Below are positions 11,028 to 22,206 of a DNA stretch of 64,000 nucleotides, in pieces. Location: positions 192,001 through 256,000 of the forward strand of contig CAWJAX010000002.1 of assembly GCA_963841015.1 (NCBI GenBank). Reading direction: 5' to 3'. Numbering within the stretch: the stretch's first letter is position 1; every line of letters starts with the position of its first letter. This stretch comes from an uncultured Methanoregulaceae archaeon. Its GTDB lineage: Archaea > Halobacteriota > Methanomicrobia > Methanomicrobiales > Methanospirillaceae. Made by a program: the position numbers and the translations under genes. Below the pieces are notes generated by a model. The model was not told the origin of the DNA. It worked only from the letters and a program-made list of their open reading frames with translations, and made no database searches.

Positions 11028-11184
11028 TTTTTCTTTTTTAAAAAAGGAGGATTTTAAAAAATCAATCCAAGGGGGGAAAAGAGTAATTCTGTCCGTTTTT
11101 TCTGCCCTATATTCTCTCCATGTTCGATATATGCTGGTATTATTCCTGCACAATTTCTCTAAATAACAGGAATTTTATTAAAAT

Positions 11185-11868
11185 ATGGAATTAAAAGGAG
11201 ATAGTATGACATCATCAGGAAGTCATGGAACATTCAAATCAGGAATTATCGGGCTTGGTATCATGCTGGTGCTGGTACTGCTTGTCAGTGGCTGCACCCA
11301 GCAGGCAGCAACCCCTGCAGGTACGACAACTCCAACGGTCACCCAGGCGTCAGCGGGTATGGCGAACCCGGCATCGGTTGCCTGTGGCCAGTCCGGTGGT
11401 ACAGTCGATATTAAAAAAGATGCATCCGGTAATGAGTACGGCATGTGCACATTCAAAAACGGAACTTCCTGTGAGGAGTGGGCACTTTACCGGGGCGAGG
11501 GATGCAAACCCGGTGTAACAGCATCACCAACGGTTGAGGCAAAGAACATGGTCACGTTCACGGAAGCAGATAACGGAAAAACTGAGAGTGTTACCCGGAA
11601 CACCCAGTTCTCCGTGGTGCTTGCAGAAAATCCCTCCACCGGGTTCATGTGGAATGCAACCCTCTCACCGGGTCTTGAACTCCTGTCAGACTACCATAAG
11701 GATGACCCGTCTGCCGGCAGGCCGGGTGCCGGTGGAAACCATACCTGGATCATGGTCGCAAAGGTGACCGGAGACCAGAAATTCTCTGCTATCTACAAGC
11801 GTTCCTGGGAGCCGGTGACCGGTAACGAGACTGCATATAGCGTGAACATCAGGGTTGTTAATCCCTGA
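11185..11868 (+). CDS. Lipoprotein with DUF333 and chagasin (I42 protease inhibitor) domains
   Basis: Lipobox LVSGC; MANPASVAC..GG..CEEWALYRG (DUF333); ENPSTGFMW, GAGG, YKRSWE (chagasin). Confidence 0.85.
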   Translation: MELKGDSMTSSGSHGTFKSGIIGLGIMLVLVLLVSGCTQQAATPAGTTTPTVTQASAGMANPASVACGQSGGTVDIKKDASGNEYGMCTFKNGTSCEEWALYRGEGCKPGVTASPTVEAKNMVTFTEADNGKTESVTRNTQFSVVLAENPSTGFMWNATLSPGLELLSDYHKDDPSAGRPGAGGNHTWIMVAKVTGDQKFSAIYKRSWEPVTGNETAYSVNIRVVNP

Positions 11869-12027
11869 TATAATTTTATTCCTGGCAACCTGATTTTCAA
11901 TAGGAAGGAAAACCAGGAAATGGAGAATCCTCCGCGTCTTTTGTGGACTTTTGAGTGAATACAATACCGCATTATTTTAAAACCCACTCCGAATTTCATA
12001 AATCACCCAACCACCAACACTATTCTC

Positions 12028-12363
12028 ATGAAGTATACGGCACGGCATATCCAGCGTTTCTTGGAAACAGGAAGGATTGACGCTACCCTCTGGAAGAACC
12101 ACTTCCCCTCGCTACTGCCCACCCAGGTGCCGGCCTGCGATGACTGCACGGAGCTGAAAGACCGGACCTGTGCAGGTGGCCGGGACCCGGTTGAGTGTTT
12201 CCTTGCCAAAGCACCTGCAGCAGAGCCGGGCAGGGGAGCACCGGCAGAAGAAGCGGGATCCCATGCTCGGCCTTGGTGCACAAGGGCTGAAGGTTCACGG
12301 AACGGCAAAGCCCAAGGATCAATCGAAAATGTGAGGGATGGCCTGGATTTTTGTCTCCCATAA
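12028..12363 (+). CDS. Hypothetical protein with Cys cluster
   Basis: CDDC..C...C motif; ATG after an AT-rich upstream region. Confidence 0.5.
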   Translation: MKYTARHIQRFLETGRIDATLWKNHFPSLLPTQVPACDDCTELKDRTCAGGRDPVECFLAKAPAAEPGRGAPAEEAGSHARPWCTRAEGSRNGKAQGSIENVRDGLDFCLP

Positions 12364-12478
12364 TACTGAGGTGTGCTGGCGGGCAGTCGTTTGCTGATCT
12401 GTCCGAAGAAATCCGGATAAGCCGGTAGTTTCTCTTTGTCTGGCAGGTTTCAACAAATCGGAAAAAGAGATTACCTGG

Positions 12479-12727
12479 TTATCGGTTTACGCAGAGGCGA
12501 TCGATGACAAGCCCATGTTTGATAAATACCTCACACCCCAGACAATAACATTTTACTGCCTTTATTTGTGAGGGAATCCTTGACCTTCCCCGGGCGCAGA
12601 AGAGTGCTTCGGGAGGATAGTCTGCAAGCTTGTTCTCCTTACATGTCGGACACATTTTACAAATGCACTTCTCCAGGTTTTCTTCAGTATCATCCACTCT
12701 CCGGGTATCATCCCTGGGTGTTTTCAT
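12479..12727 (-). CDS. DUF2769 Cys-rich protein
   Basis: VDDTEENLEKCICKMCPT, LFCARGRS, CYCLGCEV. Confidence 0.8.
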   Translation of the reverse strand: MKTPRDDTRRVDDTEENLEKCICKMCPTCKENKLADYPPEALFCARGRSRIPSQIKAVKCYCLGCEVFIKHGLVIDRLCVNR

Positions 12728-12843
12728 GGTTATTTCACAACAAAGGAATATTGCAAATAGAGATTAATATCCTTCCCCGAAAGAAGAATAGTGTGAAAAC
12801 AATTGGTGTGAAGAAATAAGCATGCCAGGATCTATGGTGAGGT

Positions 12844-13470
12844 ATGGATTTCTTTGACTCCGCATACCAGGGCACACCTCCTTGGGATATCGGCCGGCCC
12901 CAGAAGGAGTTCGTCGAACTGGTCCGGAGAGGAGAGATAACAGGATCTGTCCTGGACATCGGATGCGGGACAGGTGAGCATGCCCTCTTTTTTGCGGGGG
13001 AAGGCCTTGAAGTGTGGGGGATCGATTCTGCCCCTGCGGCGATCCAGAAGGCACAGGAGAAGGCATCACAAAGAGGTCTCCCGGTGCATTTTTGTGTCCT
13101 GGACGTCCGGGACCTTTCCCGGCTCAACAGGACGTTCGATACTGCCACCGACTCAGGGCTCTTCCATACGCTGTCCGATGAAGGCCGCCCGGTGTTCGTG
13201 GATAACCTTGCAGCCATCCTGTCCCCGGCCGGGAACTACTTCATGCTCTGCTTTTCCGACCTGGAGCCCGCCGGATATGGTCCGAGGAGGATAACAAAAA
13301 GAGAGATACAGGACAACTTCCGGGATGGGTGGACCATCAATTACATCAGGCCGACAATCTTCGAGAGCCGCACCCGGGCAGAAGGACCCCGTGCCTGGCT
13401 TTCATCGATAGCAAAGAAAACTGAACAGGTATCAGGACCTCCGGCATGGATGGATGCAACGGCGGATTGA
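12844..13470 (+). CDS. Class I SAM-dependent methyltransferase (TPMT/TehB-like)
   Basis: PPWDIGRPQ, VLDIGCGTGE, DSGLFH. Confidence 0.9.
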   Translation: MDFFDSAYQGTPPWDIGRPQKEFVELVRRGEITGSVLDIGCGTGEHALFFAGEGLEVWGIDSAPAAIQKAQEKASQRGLPVHFCVLDVRDLSRLNRTFDTATDSGLFHTLSDEGRPVFVDNLAAILSPAGNYFMLCFSDLEPAGYGPRRITKREIQDNFRDGWTINYIRPTIFESRTRAEGPRAWLSSIAKKTEQVSGPPAWMDATAD

Positions 13471-13650
13471 TTCGAATCCCTCCGGCAGGACGAAAAAGCA
13501 CTGACGGTTCTCTTCTCTGATCTCTGATTTCCGGTAACAGGGCAGGAAGAATCCTGGTATGTACCATACCAAAAAAAAAAATCCCGGGTCATTCATTCTG
13601 TATCGGAGTGAGGGAAAGAGAGATGAAGGGTTCGGTCAAATACTCCGAAA

Positions 13651-14364
13651 GTGAACATGAGAACACCGGACCTGTCTTGGCTGTCACGGGGGATACAGGA
13701 CATTTCGCGGCGTAACACGTACATCCGCCTTCTCGTCCCGCCCCTTCTCGCGGTGGTTTTTTTTATACTGTGTTTTCTCATCCTTTCCAGGAACAGGATC
13801 CTGATCCTCGGCGGCCTGATGGTCGCGTATTTTATCCCCCCGTCTGGTAAGGAATCAATAATCCCGATCGGGATCGGACTCGGGATCCCGTGGTGGCTGA
13901 TGGCACTGACTCTGACCCTGCTCGATGTCATCACCGCCCTTTTTATGATTATGAACTTCAGCCTGATGCTCCGGGTTCCGCGACTCGGTCCCTGGATTGA
14001 AAAGACAACTGCCTCGAGCAGGGAGTTTATGGCAGAACACCCCTGGATGAGCCATTGGAGGATCCTGGGGCTGGCCTTCTTTGTGATGCTGCCTTTCCAG
14101 GGCACCGGGGGGGTGGGGGCGACCGTAGTAGGATTTATGCTGGGCCTTACTCCCGGAGAAATACTATTAGCCGTTGGCATTGGAGCGGCTGTGGAAAGCC
14201 TGACATTTGCCCTCGGATGGGGATTAGTCCGGGAACTGATCCAGGCAAACCTGATACTTGGTATTGCCGTGGCCTTCGTGTTCATCACAGGAACGATACT
14301 TCTTGTATTCCTGATCCGGCGACGGTTTTCCCGAAGCACGGACAACGATAAAAAAGAGCTATAG
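13651..14364 (+). CDS. Small multi-drug export family membrane protein (COG2426-like)
   Basis: PPSGKESIIP, FFVMLPFQGTGG. Confidence 0.8.
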   Translation: MNMRTPDLSWLSRGIQDISRRNTYIRLLVPPLLAVVFFILCFLILSRNRILILGGLMVAYFIPPSGKESIIPIGIGLGIPWWLMALTLTLLDVITALFMIMNFSLMLRVPRLGPWIEKTTASSREFMAEHPWMSHWRILGLAFFVMLPFQGTGGVGATVVGFMLGLTPGEILLAVGIGAAVESLTFALGWGLVRELIQANLILGIAVAFVFITGTILLVFLIRRRFSRSTDNDKKEL

Positions 14365-14711
14365 CGGGAGGGGACCCTTTTGACGGTATCCTGCCCACAT
14401 TTTCTATATAACAGAATGCCGATCTGACTTTCTTTGTATTTTTTTAAAAGACTGAAAAAGACGGTTTCCCAAAATCTCCCTATAATGAGCAACCTATGCA
14501 GATATTGGAGAAATGTTAACAAAATGTGAATTGAGGGTCAATTTTTCCAAAGAAGAGGGAAAAAAGGCAATTGAAGGGAAAATGCCAATCACAGAGCAGG
14601 TTCCACCAGACCGGAACTTTATGACGTGTGCGATACAATTGGTTATCACTACTGATTCTGAACGCTTTTACCAGATTCGGAATCCGTGCACATCTCTGAA
14701 AATCTGGGTCC

Positions 14712-15551
14712 TCAATCCTTATGAGATTCGGATAAGGGAACAAAAGCCGGCGGTTGGATTCCCGACCGCTGGAATTCTGCCCATGCTCTCCGGGTAATTT
14801 CGGATTTAAACTCAAACTCCTGCCGGAGATCGTTGACGTATCCCTTTGCGCGGACACGCTTGTAGTACGGGAAGTCTTCGAGCAGCACCGTAAACGGGTA
14901 TTTTTTCGAGATAATCACGTATTTCGATGTGATGAGAGCCTCTTTGAGGATTTTTAATGCGATATCGGCATCAGATTCCGGGTGGATGAAGAGGTCTGTT
15001 ACAATCATCATGGCGATATCTCCCGCATTACCGCTGGTCACCGGTTGGGTGAAGACAGAGAAGTTCGGCAGGGATACCATTTCATCGGCCGGTGTCTGGA
15101 TCCGTGTCGAACGGATCCCGATGTCCTTTACTTCCCCATACTTATCGCCGATGGTGACCTTGTCTCCAATCTGGAATGGCTTTTCAATGATGATCACGAT
15201 CCCGCCGACAATATCTGATATGAGATCCTTGAGCCCGAATCCTATGGCGGCACCGAACAGGCCGGAAACTACGATTGTCTGCGTCAGTGACAGCTCGATG
15301 GTGGCAGAGATGATGTAATAGAGGGCAACGGCATAGACAAGGAGTTTCAGCAGGGGGATGATCATAGTAATGGAAGTCCGGTACCATCCGATACGCTCCG
15401 AGATACGGACCAGCAGGAAACTGAGCAGATACGTCAGGATGTAGGCAGCCACGATAATGAAACCGATGTACAGGATGAGGTTGGTATCAATGGTCTGGAG
15501 CGGGAGTTCCGAAGTTACGTTGGCGAGCAGGGAATCAGCCATTATGTCCAC
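14712..15551 (-). CDS. mscS: Small-conductance mechanosensitive channel
   Basis: AIGFGLKDLISDIVGG, KPFQIGDKV, GEVKDIGIRST, LPN. Confidence 0.92.
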   Translation of the reverse strand: MDIMADSLLANVTSELPLQTIDTNLILYIGFIIVAAYILTYLLSFLLVRISERIGWYRTSITMIIPLLKLLVYAVALYYIISATIELSLTQTIVVSGLFGAAIGFGLKDLISDIVGGIVIIIEKPFQIGDKVTIGDKYGEVKDIGIRSTRIQTPADEMVSLPNFSVFTQPVTSGNAGDIAMMIVTDLFIHPESDADIALKILKEALITSKYVIISKKYPFTVLLEDFPYYKRVRAKGYVNDLRQEFEFKSEITRRAWAEFQRSGIQPPAFVPLSESHKD

Positions 15552-16580
15552 AACCTCCTCGTTTTTGTAAGGTATTCCACCACACAGGCCATCAGAAGCG
15601 GCGGGATGCTGTAATACCCGGCGATATCGGTGACCAGGCCATGCTGGACGAGCCGGTAGAGAACAGGTTCGATATCCATCTCGGAACCGGCAATGGCGGA
15701 AAGGTCTGTGTGGTGAAGAGATTCCATCGAGAGGATGATGGAAAGAATAAAGGACTCATTGATATCAAGGTCAATGGTGCACGACACTTCGCTGACATCG
15801 CTTAACCGGATAGTGTTATCCTTAAGGCTTTTTTCCCAGATCAGGACTGCAACACCCGGGTTCCCGTTGGCGATACGGTTGATTTTTTCAAAGATCATAT
15901 CCTCCAGTGCAACCTGTACCCGCCGCTTTTTTGAAAGCCCAAACCGCATAACGGCAAAATTCAGCTTGATCCAGGGCAGGGAAATGTCCGTTGTGGTAAA
16001 CGGCACCCGCATGGTCCGGTGGATAACGGAGTAAACCATAGACCGGTCGGTAGTCCCTTCATCGATGAAGCGGATCTCCCCTGGTTTATACCGCGACATG
16101 ATGACCTGCTTGAGCACGGGTGTATCCATCGTGTCCAGAACAACAGACTGTCGGGAAATACGCATCGATTTCCATAACCGATGAGAGATACTGCCAGCCA
16201 TAGGTGTTCCAGGTAGTGATGAACAGCTTCTTCGATCCGATGAGTGCGTGCAGGAAGGTGTTGAGAACATCGAATCCCCCGATCCTCATCGTAGCAAAGT
16301 ACTGGCAGTTATCGACAAGGATAATATCAGACGGAATTGTTGAGAAGTTCGGCAGGGTGGACGGTGTAATAACATCGTTAAAAGGCAGGTAATGTACCCG
16401 GTCCCCGTACCTGCGCCTGAGCTCGGCAATAATTGTCGTGCGACCGCTCATCGGCCGGGAAATGATCGCAACATGTGACGGGGCACCGGAACCGAACTGT
16501 TCGATTGCACCGGTTATTTCCTGCAGCTCCCGCCCATACCCGATGATTTCACCCGTTCCTGTGCTTTCTGAATCGGCCAT
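15542..16580 (-). CDS. Divergent P-loop (STAND/AAA_16-like) ATPase with C-terminal winged helix (frameshift near 16148)
   Basis: IIGYGRELQEI, degenerate Walker A SRPMSGRTT, Walker B ILVDN, ANGNPG, wHTH-like C-terminus LYRLVQHGLV; stop overlaps the mscS start. Confidence 0.7.
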
Positions 16581-16682
16581 TCTTTTCCCTTTGCTCCTCA
16601 CCAGTAAAATTTACGTCAGGGATATTAAAGAGTGCGTTACATTCTAAAAAAAGATGGCAGTGCCTGTTGGTTATAAAAAGTG

Positions 16683-17648
16683 TTATCCTTCCCGTTTTCC
16701 CAAATCCGCAGGAGGAATGGGGTTTTTCAGGACGCTTGTCACGGTCATTGTTTCGGAAGCAACCGTGATGCCCTCTTCAGATTCAATCGCTGTTAAGATC
16801 AGCTCGCTCAGTCGTGAGTGGAGAATACGCCTGCTACGTGCATCCGTGACATACCGTGCATCCAGGGTGATCCAGTTGTCGGTGAGCGTAATATAGACTG
16901 AAGGTTCGACAACCTTTTTCGGAAGGTAATATCTCTCCCCGATCCGTTCGATCTCGAGCTCTGCCTGAGCGGTCATTGTACCGGTTTCCTGTTTTAATAT
17001 TGAGAGAACGATCTCTTTTGCCCGCCGCCAGTTGCTTTCGTATGTCAGGGGAACGGAGATCTCGTCCCAGACAAACGAATGGTCACGGGTGTAATTATAG
17101 AATGAATGGCTGATCACCAGTCCATTCGGGATGATCAGCAACCTGCCAGACGGCTGGTCTCCACCAATCCAGCCCCGGATCTCCATTAAGGTCGTACTCA
17201 GGATCCCAATATCCATGACATCCCCGGCTTTATCATCGATGGAAATACGGTCGCCAACAAGGTAATAATTGGAGACGATAATCAGGATGCCCCCGACAAA
17301 ATTCCTTAACACGTCCTGAAGTGCAAATGCAATGCCGGCAGCGAGTACACCATAGTATATCAGCAGCGATGAGGTATCGGTCACCCAGATTCGTACACAC
17401 AGGAGGAGGACGATAATGATCGAAAGAACCGACAGGACTTTATTTGCGGTATATCGTGATTTTAAGTCGGTGATCCTTTTAACGATATACATGCTTAACA
17501 GTACCGAAAAGACAAAGTAGGTCACGGTCACAGCGAGCGATGTCAGAAATATGTTGATTATAATGGGATCGCCGATTACCCCGGCTGCTGCACCGGTGAG
17601 TATTGAGAGCACGAGCAGCCCCGTGAAAATCAGTAGTTTACGTTTCAT
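16683..17648 (-). CDS. mscS: Small-conductance mechanosensitive channel
   Basis: GIAFALQDVLRNFVGG, VGDRI, GDVMDIG, IPN, NYT. Confidence 0.92.
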   Translation of the reverse strand: MKRKLLIFTGLLVLSILTGAAAGVIGDPIIINIFLTSLAVTVTYFVFSVLLSMYIVKRITDLKSRYTANKVLSVLSIIIVLLLCVRIWVTDTSSLLIYYGVLAAGIAFALQDVLRNFVGGILIIVSNYYLVGDRISIDDKAGDVMDIGILSTTLMEIRGWIGGDQPSGRLLIIPNGLVISHSFYNYTRDHSFVWDEISVPLTYESNWRRAKEIVLSILKQETGTMTAQAELEIERIGERYYLPKKVVEPSVYITLTDNWITLDARYVTDARSRRILHSRLSELILTAIESEEGITVASETMTVTSVLKNPIPPADLGKREG

Positions 17649-18080
17649 GCTTGGATATCTGTAAATTCTTTCTTTTATTATATAGAGGAATCGTCAGGGA
17701 AGATCAATTTGACGATATATTTTCTTAATTGTGGTTGTGCCGTAGGCATAGTTCCACCGGAAATTACCCCCTACGAAAATTAATATTGTCAGACAAAAAG
17801 CGGCGCTTCGACCGACTTATTTCCCGTGGAGAACCGGTTCTTCCTGGCAGAATAGTAAAAATTCTGATGAGGATTTTTTTCACAATTTAAAAATGGATTA
17901 TATTTAGCAGTAACTCTAAAAGAAATTATTATTCATAATTTGAAGGGTGAATCTAGATTATTAGAGAAACTTTTTGAAAAAAACATGGAAATGTATATTC
18001 GATTCATGATCAAAACAAGAGAATTAACTCTCAAATCTGAATTAATGCGATAATTTCTCCCAAATGTGAGTAAATATCTT

Positions 18081-19302
18081 ATGCGTGACAATAAGGATTA
18101 TTACGAGATCCTGGGCGTCAAACGGGATGTTTCGCCGGATGATTTAAAGAAAGCATTCAGGCAACTGGCACGAAAATATCATCCGGACCTCAACCAGGGG
18201 AGCAAAGAGTCAGAGGAGAAATTCAAGGAAATTAATGAGGCCTACCAGGTGCTCAGCGATCCTCAGAAAAAGCTGAGTACGACAACGTGGGACCTGCTGT
18301 TTACCGGCGGGGGATTTTTCCGGGTACACACCGCCCAGCTACGAGGACCTGTTCAGGGACTTCGGGTTAGGGGATATCTTCGATGCATTCTATGCCGGTC
18401 CCGACAGGACACACAGCACGGCCGGTGCTGATCTCTGGTATGAGACTGAAATCTCCCTTCCTGACGCGTTCCATGGTATAAAAAATACCGTTGAGGTTCC
18501 CCACGTGTATGCATGCGGTACCTGCCATGGTTCCGGCGCACAACCGGGATTTATCCGTACCTGTACCACCTGCGGAGGGAGCGGGGAACGGGTAACTGTA
18601 CGGCGGAACGGGCATCAGGAAGTGGTTACTATCAGCCCATGCCCTGAATGTGGCGGGCGGGGAACAATTATCGAAAAATCCTGTGAGACCTGCAAGGGCA
18701 GCGGGACAATCCGGAGGATCAGAAGAATTGAGGTTTTTATTCCTGCCGGGGTTGAAGATGGCCAGTTCTTACGGATTGCCGGTGAAGGAGAGCCCGGGAG
18801 GGACAATGGCCTCCCGGGTGATTTGTATGCCGTTGTCCACATCAAAAAACATCCCGGCTTTGAGCGACACGGGGCGGACCTGTACAGTACCACGGTTATC
18901 GGGCGTGAAACAGCTCTCACTGGCGGAGAAATTACCATTCCCACGATTACCGGAAGTGCGACACTCAGAATTCCCCGCGAGACGCAGAACCATACCCTGT
19001 TCCGTCTCAAAGAACAGGGAATGCCGTACCTGAATTCCGGGATGATGGGGGATCTTCTCACCGAGGTTATTGTAACGATTTCCGGAGAACCGGCAAAAAA
19101 ACAGGCGGGATGGAAAGGAGAATCCCTCGTTGCACTCCTGGCATTCATTCTTGCATCAGCAGATCTCCTGCTCCGGTTGCAACGGGAGGGGGCAATGACA
19201 CCGGGTAATCTGATCATTTTTATCATCGTATTTCTGGTTTGTTATGCAACAGGGTGGATTTTATTGAAGATATACCGGGGAATTGTCGGTAAGGCAGAAT
19301 AA
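18081..19302 (+). CDS. dnaJ: DnaJ chaperone with C-terminal TM extension (frameshifts near 18270 and 18305)
   Basis: [15 protein letters not shown] motif, four CxxCxGxG repeats, IPAGVEDG; two hydrophobic helices at the C-terminus. Confidence 0.85.
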
Positions 19303-19535
19303 TACCCGAAAACCGGTATCTTTAAAACCATTCATTCACCGTTTTAAAATGGGATACTCATCAGACACTAAAAAAACTCCCGGCCTATGTTTTAAATTTT
19401 GTTTCAAAAATTGATTTACAGACAACAGTTTTTATAATCCCCTTCCTTAAAAAAAGACATCTGCAAGGCAGAATACTCCGGGCAAAAAAATCCTGGTATT
19501 CTGTCCTTGTCATTTCAGGTGAATTATGGCTGTGA

Positions 19536-19988
19536 ATGCCGTCAGGATGGCTGATGAATGGTTCAGTCGCCTTCAGAAAACGGACCGGACCGGTCGTCTC
19601 ATCGAAAAAGTACCTGGCTGAAAGGAGTACAGAAGAGCGGATGCGGGCAATAACGGAACTGGGAAGCATCAGAGACCATGGGGCAGCAGGGCTGCTGATT
19701 GATTGTTGCCAGGACCAGGACCCTGAGATCCGGCGAAGTGCAATTGTGGGGTTGCAGAACCTGAGAAGCGGCCGGGCAGTGAGTGTCCTTATTGACCGCC
19801 TCCGGGATAAGGACGAACTGCCCGAAACACGGCAGCATGCCGCATCAGCTCTGGCAGCCATCAGAAGTTACCGTGCGATACAGGAACTGAGAAGCCGGTA
19901 CGCGGATACGGATGAAGACCGTACCCTCAGGTTCTTCATCGGCAGGGAACTGGACCGGGTTCAGATTCTGGTGAGCGCTTCCTGGTGA
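19536..19988 (+). CDS. HEAT-repeat protein
   Basis: RMRAITELG, DQDPEIRRSA, RQHAASALA repeats. Confidence 0.8.
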   Translation: MPSGWLMNGSVAFRKRTGPVVSSKKYLAERSTEERMRAITELGSIRDHGAAGLLIDCCQDQDPEIRRSAIVGLQNLRSGRAVSVLIDRLRDKDELPETRQHAASALAAIRSYRAIQELRSRYADTDEDRTLRFFIGRELDRVQILVSASW

Positions 19989-20351
19989 CCTGTATCTTTT
20001 TTAAAACCCCTGTCATACGTTTCGTCCCCGGGACTTTTTGAGGGGACTACAGCCACCCGGTGATGGAATGGATCCCTCTCGTGTAAAAGATACCTCCCTC
20101 CCCGGTTCCCTGTTCCACGTGCCCAATGCCGGTCAAATCCGGCTTTCACCAGCCGGAAAGGTCTGTCAGGGGAGTTTTCCGGCTTAAAAACAAACCTTTT
20201 CCGCTCAAAAATCCCGGGTATCTGAAATCCTCCAGAAAAGTGAGTGATCATTCCCGATTTTACCAATTCCCTTTCACCCGCATGGATAGGGAAGCATTCG
20301 TATTTAAGAGCAATAATGACGATATTTATTGAGCAAACGAACGGTTCTTCC

Positions 20352-21937
20352 ATGCGTACGGTACGAGACACATCTTCAGGAGTACGGCGAATCATCGCAA
20401 CTGTATGCATCATCATCCTCGTACTGCCGGGCGTAGCCTTCGCAGAAACCGTGGATAAGGCAACACCGGGCACAGAGGCCCCGACCGGCACTGTACCGAA
20501 TGTCACCAGCGTGCCGGCAACACCGGTTCCCACCGCTCTCCTGCCTCTTGAGAACACGAGCGGTGTAACACCGAATGTTACCCCGATTCCGACAACGCCG
20601 GTTCCGCTGGTGTTTATCTCCCTTGAGAACGCGACCGGTGCCGTCAACCCTCCCCCGCTTCTTATCTTCGATCCTCCGGTCATTCAGGGCCTGACTGCCA
20701 CCCTCTACGGGATTGTCTCTCCCGGGTCGACGAATGTAACGGTTGTCAGCCTCCTCTGGGACTGGGGGGATGGCAAGGCGCCGGAATACCATGGATTCCC
20801 AAACTCACATGCATACAGCAGTCCGGGCACGTACATCTTCTCGATTACCGCCCGGCAGTCCGATGGACAGAACCTCACCGGAACCACAAAGATTTCCGTG
20901 GGGGATCCGCTGGTCCCTGTTACGACTACCGTTCCCATAACCCTGAATACAACGGTGCCGGGGGGACCCGTCATGATGATACATCCCCCGGTCCTGACCC
21001 TGCTTGAGCCGGCGATTGACCGGAAGAATGTCACGCTGAACGGGAACCTCAACGCCGGATCACCAGGTGTAGCGATCGAATGGGTGACGGTCGACTGGAA
21101 TGACGGATCCATTACAAAATCTTCCGATCTCCCGGTAGCGCACCGGTATTCCGGCGCCGGGATTTTCACCGTCAGCGTTACGGGGAACCAGTCTGACGGC
21201 CAGTCAACCACAAAAAAGATCGCGCTGGAGATCAAAGATGAGATACCTGCTCCGCCCGGACCAACACCTTCAGGTCCCGCCCCCCAGAATGACCTGCAGG
21301 GGTACCTTATTCTCATTGCCATGGCCATAACCGGGGGGGTTATCGTGGCCGTAGTCATGATCACCCGGCAGAAAAAAGACCTGCTGGTCGCAAAGCATAC
21401 CCAAAAGACATTTCCCGCGAGGGGAGGCCCACTCCCGGCAAACCGGCCTTCAGCAGAAGAATTAAAAACGATATGTTCCGGGACGGGCGTTGAACCGGAG
21501 GTTCTTGACGCGGTGATCCAGGTGGCCAGGGAAATTGCCCGGGAAGGGCGCGAGGGACAGGCTATCGGGACAGCATTTGTTGTCGGGGACACCACAAATG
21601 TCCTGAGCCATTCAAAACAGTTTGTCTTAAACCCGTTCCATGGTCACCAGGAGACCGAACGGCAGATAACCGATGCCGGGATCCAGGGAACCATCAAGGA
21701 GTTTGCCCAGCTGGACGGAGCGTTCCTTATCACGGGCACCGGGGTGGTCGAAGCGGCAGGGAGGTGCATCACGGTGGACTTAAGCCAGGTGAACCTGCCC
21801 GGAGGGATGGGTTCACGGCACCTGTCCATTGCCGGCATCACCCGGGTTACCACCTCAATCGGGGTCGTAGTCTCGCAAAGCGGTGGCCAGATCTCTATTT
21901 TCCGGGGGGAAAGATCGTCTACACTATCAGGTCATGA
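20352..21937 (+). CDS. Membrane-anchored diadenylate cyclase with two extracellular PKD domains
   Basis: Signal peptide, Pro/Thr linkers, WDWGDG..HAYSSPGTY and VDWNDG..HRYSGAG, one TM, DAC (REGREGQAIGT, LDGAF, GSRHLS). Adding one G in the G-run near 21905 gives FRGGKIVYTIRS*. Confidence 0.88.
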
Positions 21938-21949
21938 GGGAGCAGCCCG

Positions 21950-22156
21950 GTGGCGCTCCCGCTCTTGCAGGTGGGCAAAAATATCCTCATAGCCTGGGGA
22001 ATGAAGGATATCGGGTTCAGGGAAAAAGAGTTAAAGACATGGATGGACGCGTTTCCCCTTGCAAAGGTAGTACGGTTCGAAGATGCCGGTCATTTTGTCG
22101 CAGAGGAGAAGCCGGCGGAACTCATCGGGGAGATAATGAATCTGATCCGCTCATAA
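21950..22156 (+). pseudogene. C-terminal fragment of an alpha/beta hydrolase (haloalkane-dehalogenase-like)
   Basis: ILIAWGMKD..F, FEDAGHFVAEEKP; no N-terminal nucleophile region. Confidence 0.7.
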
Positions 22157-22206
22157 AAATTACCTGAATCCTGCGATTCATGTGGTGGTAACCGGTGAAA
22201 AGAGCA

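Noticed and set aside
13593-14522. Long ORFs opposite real genes (also 3187-3876, 20705-21595, 44672-45427, 49309-50256)
   Set aside because: Antisense shadows of well-supported genes, with no recognisable motifs
20460-20620. Pro/Thr-rich quasi-repeats
   Set aside because: Ordinary low-complexity linker of a secreted archaeal protein, not a DNA repeat array
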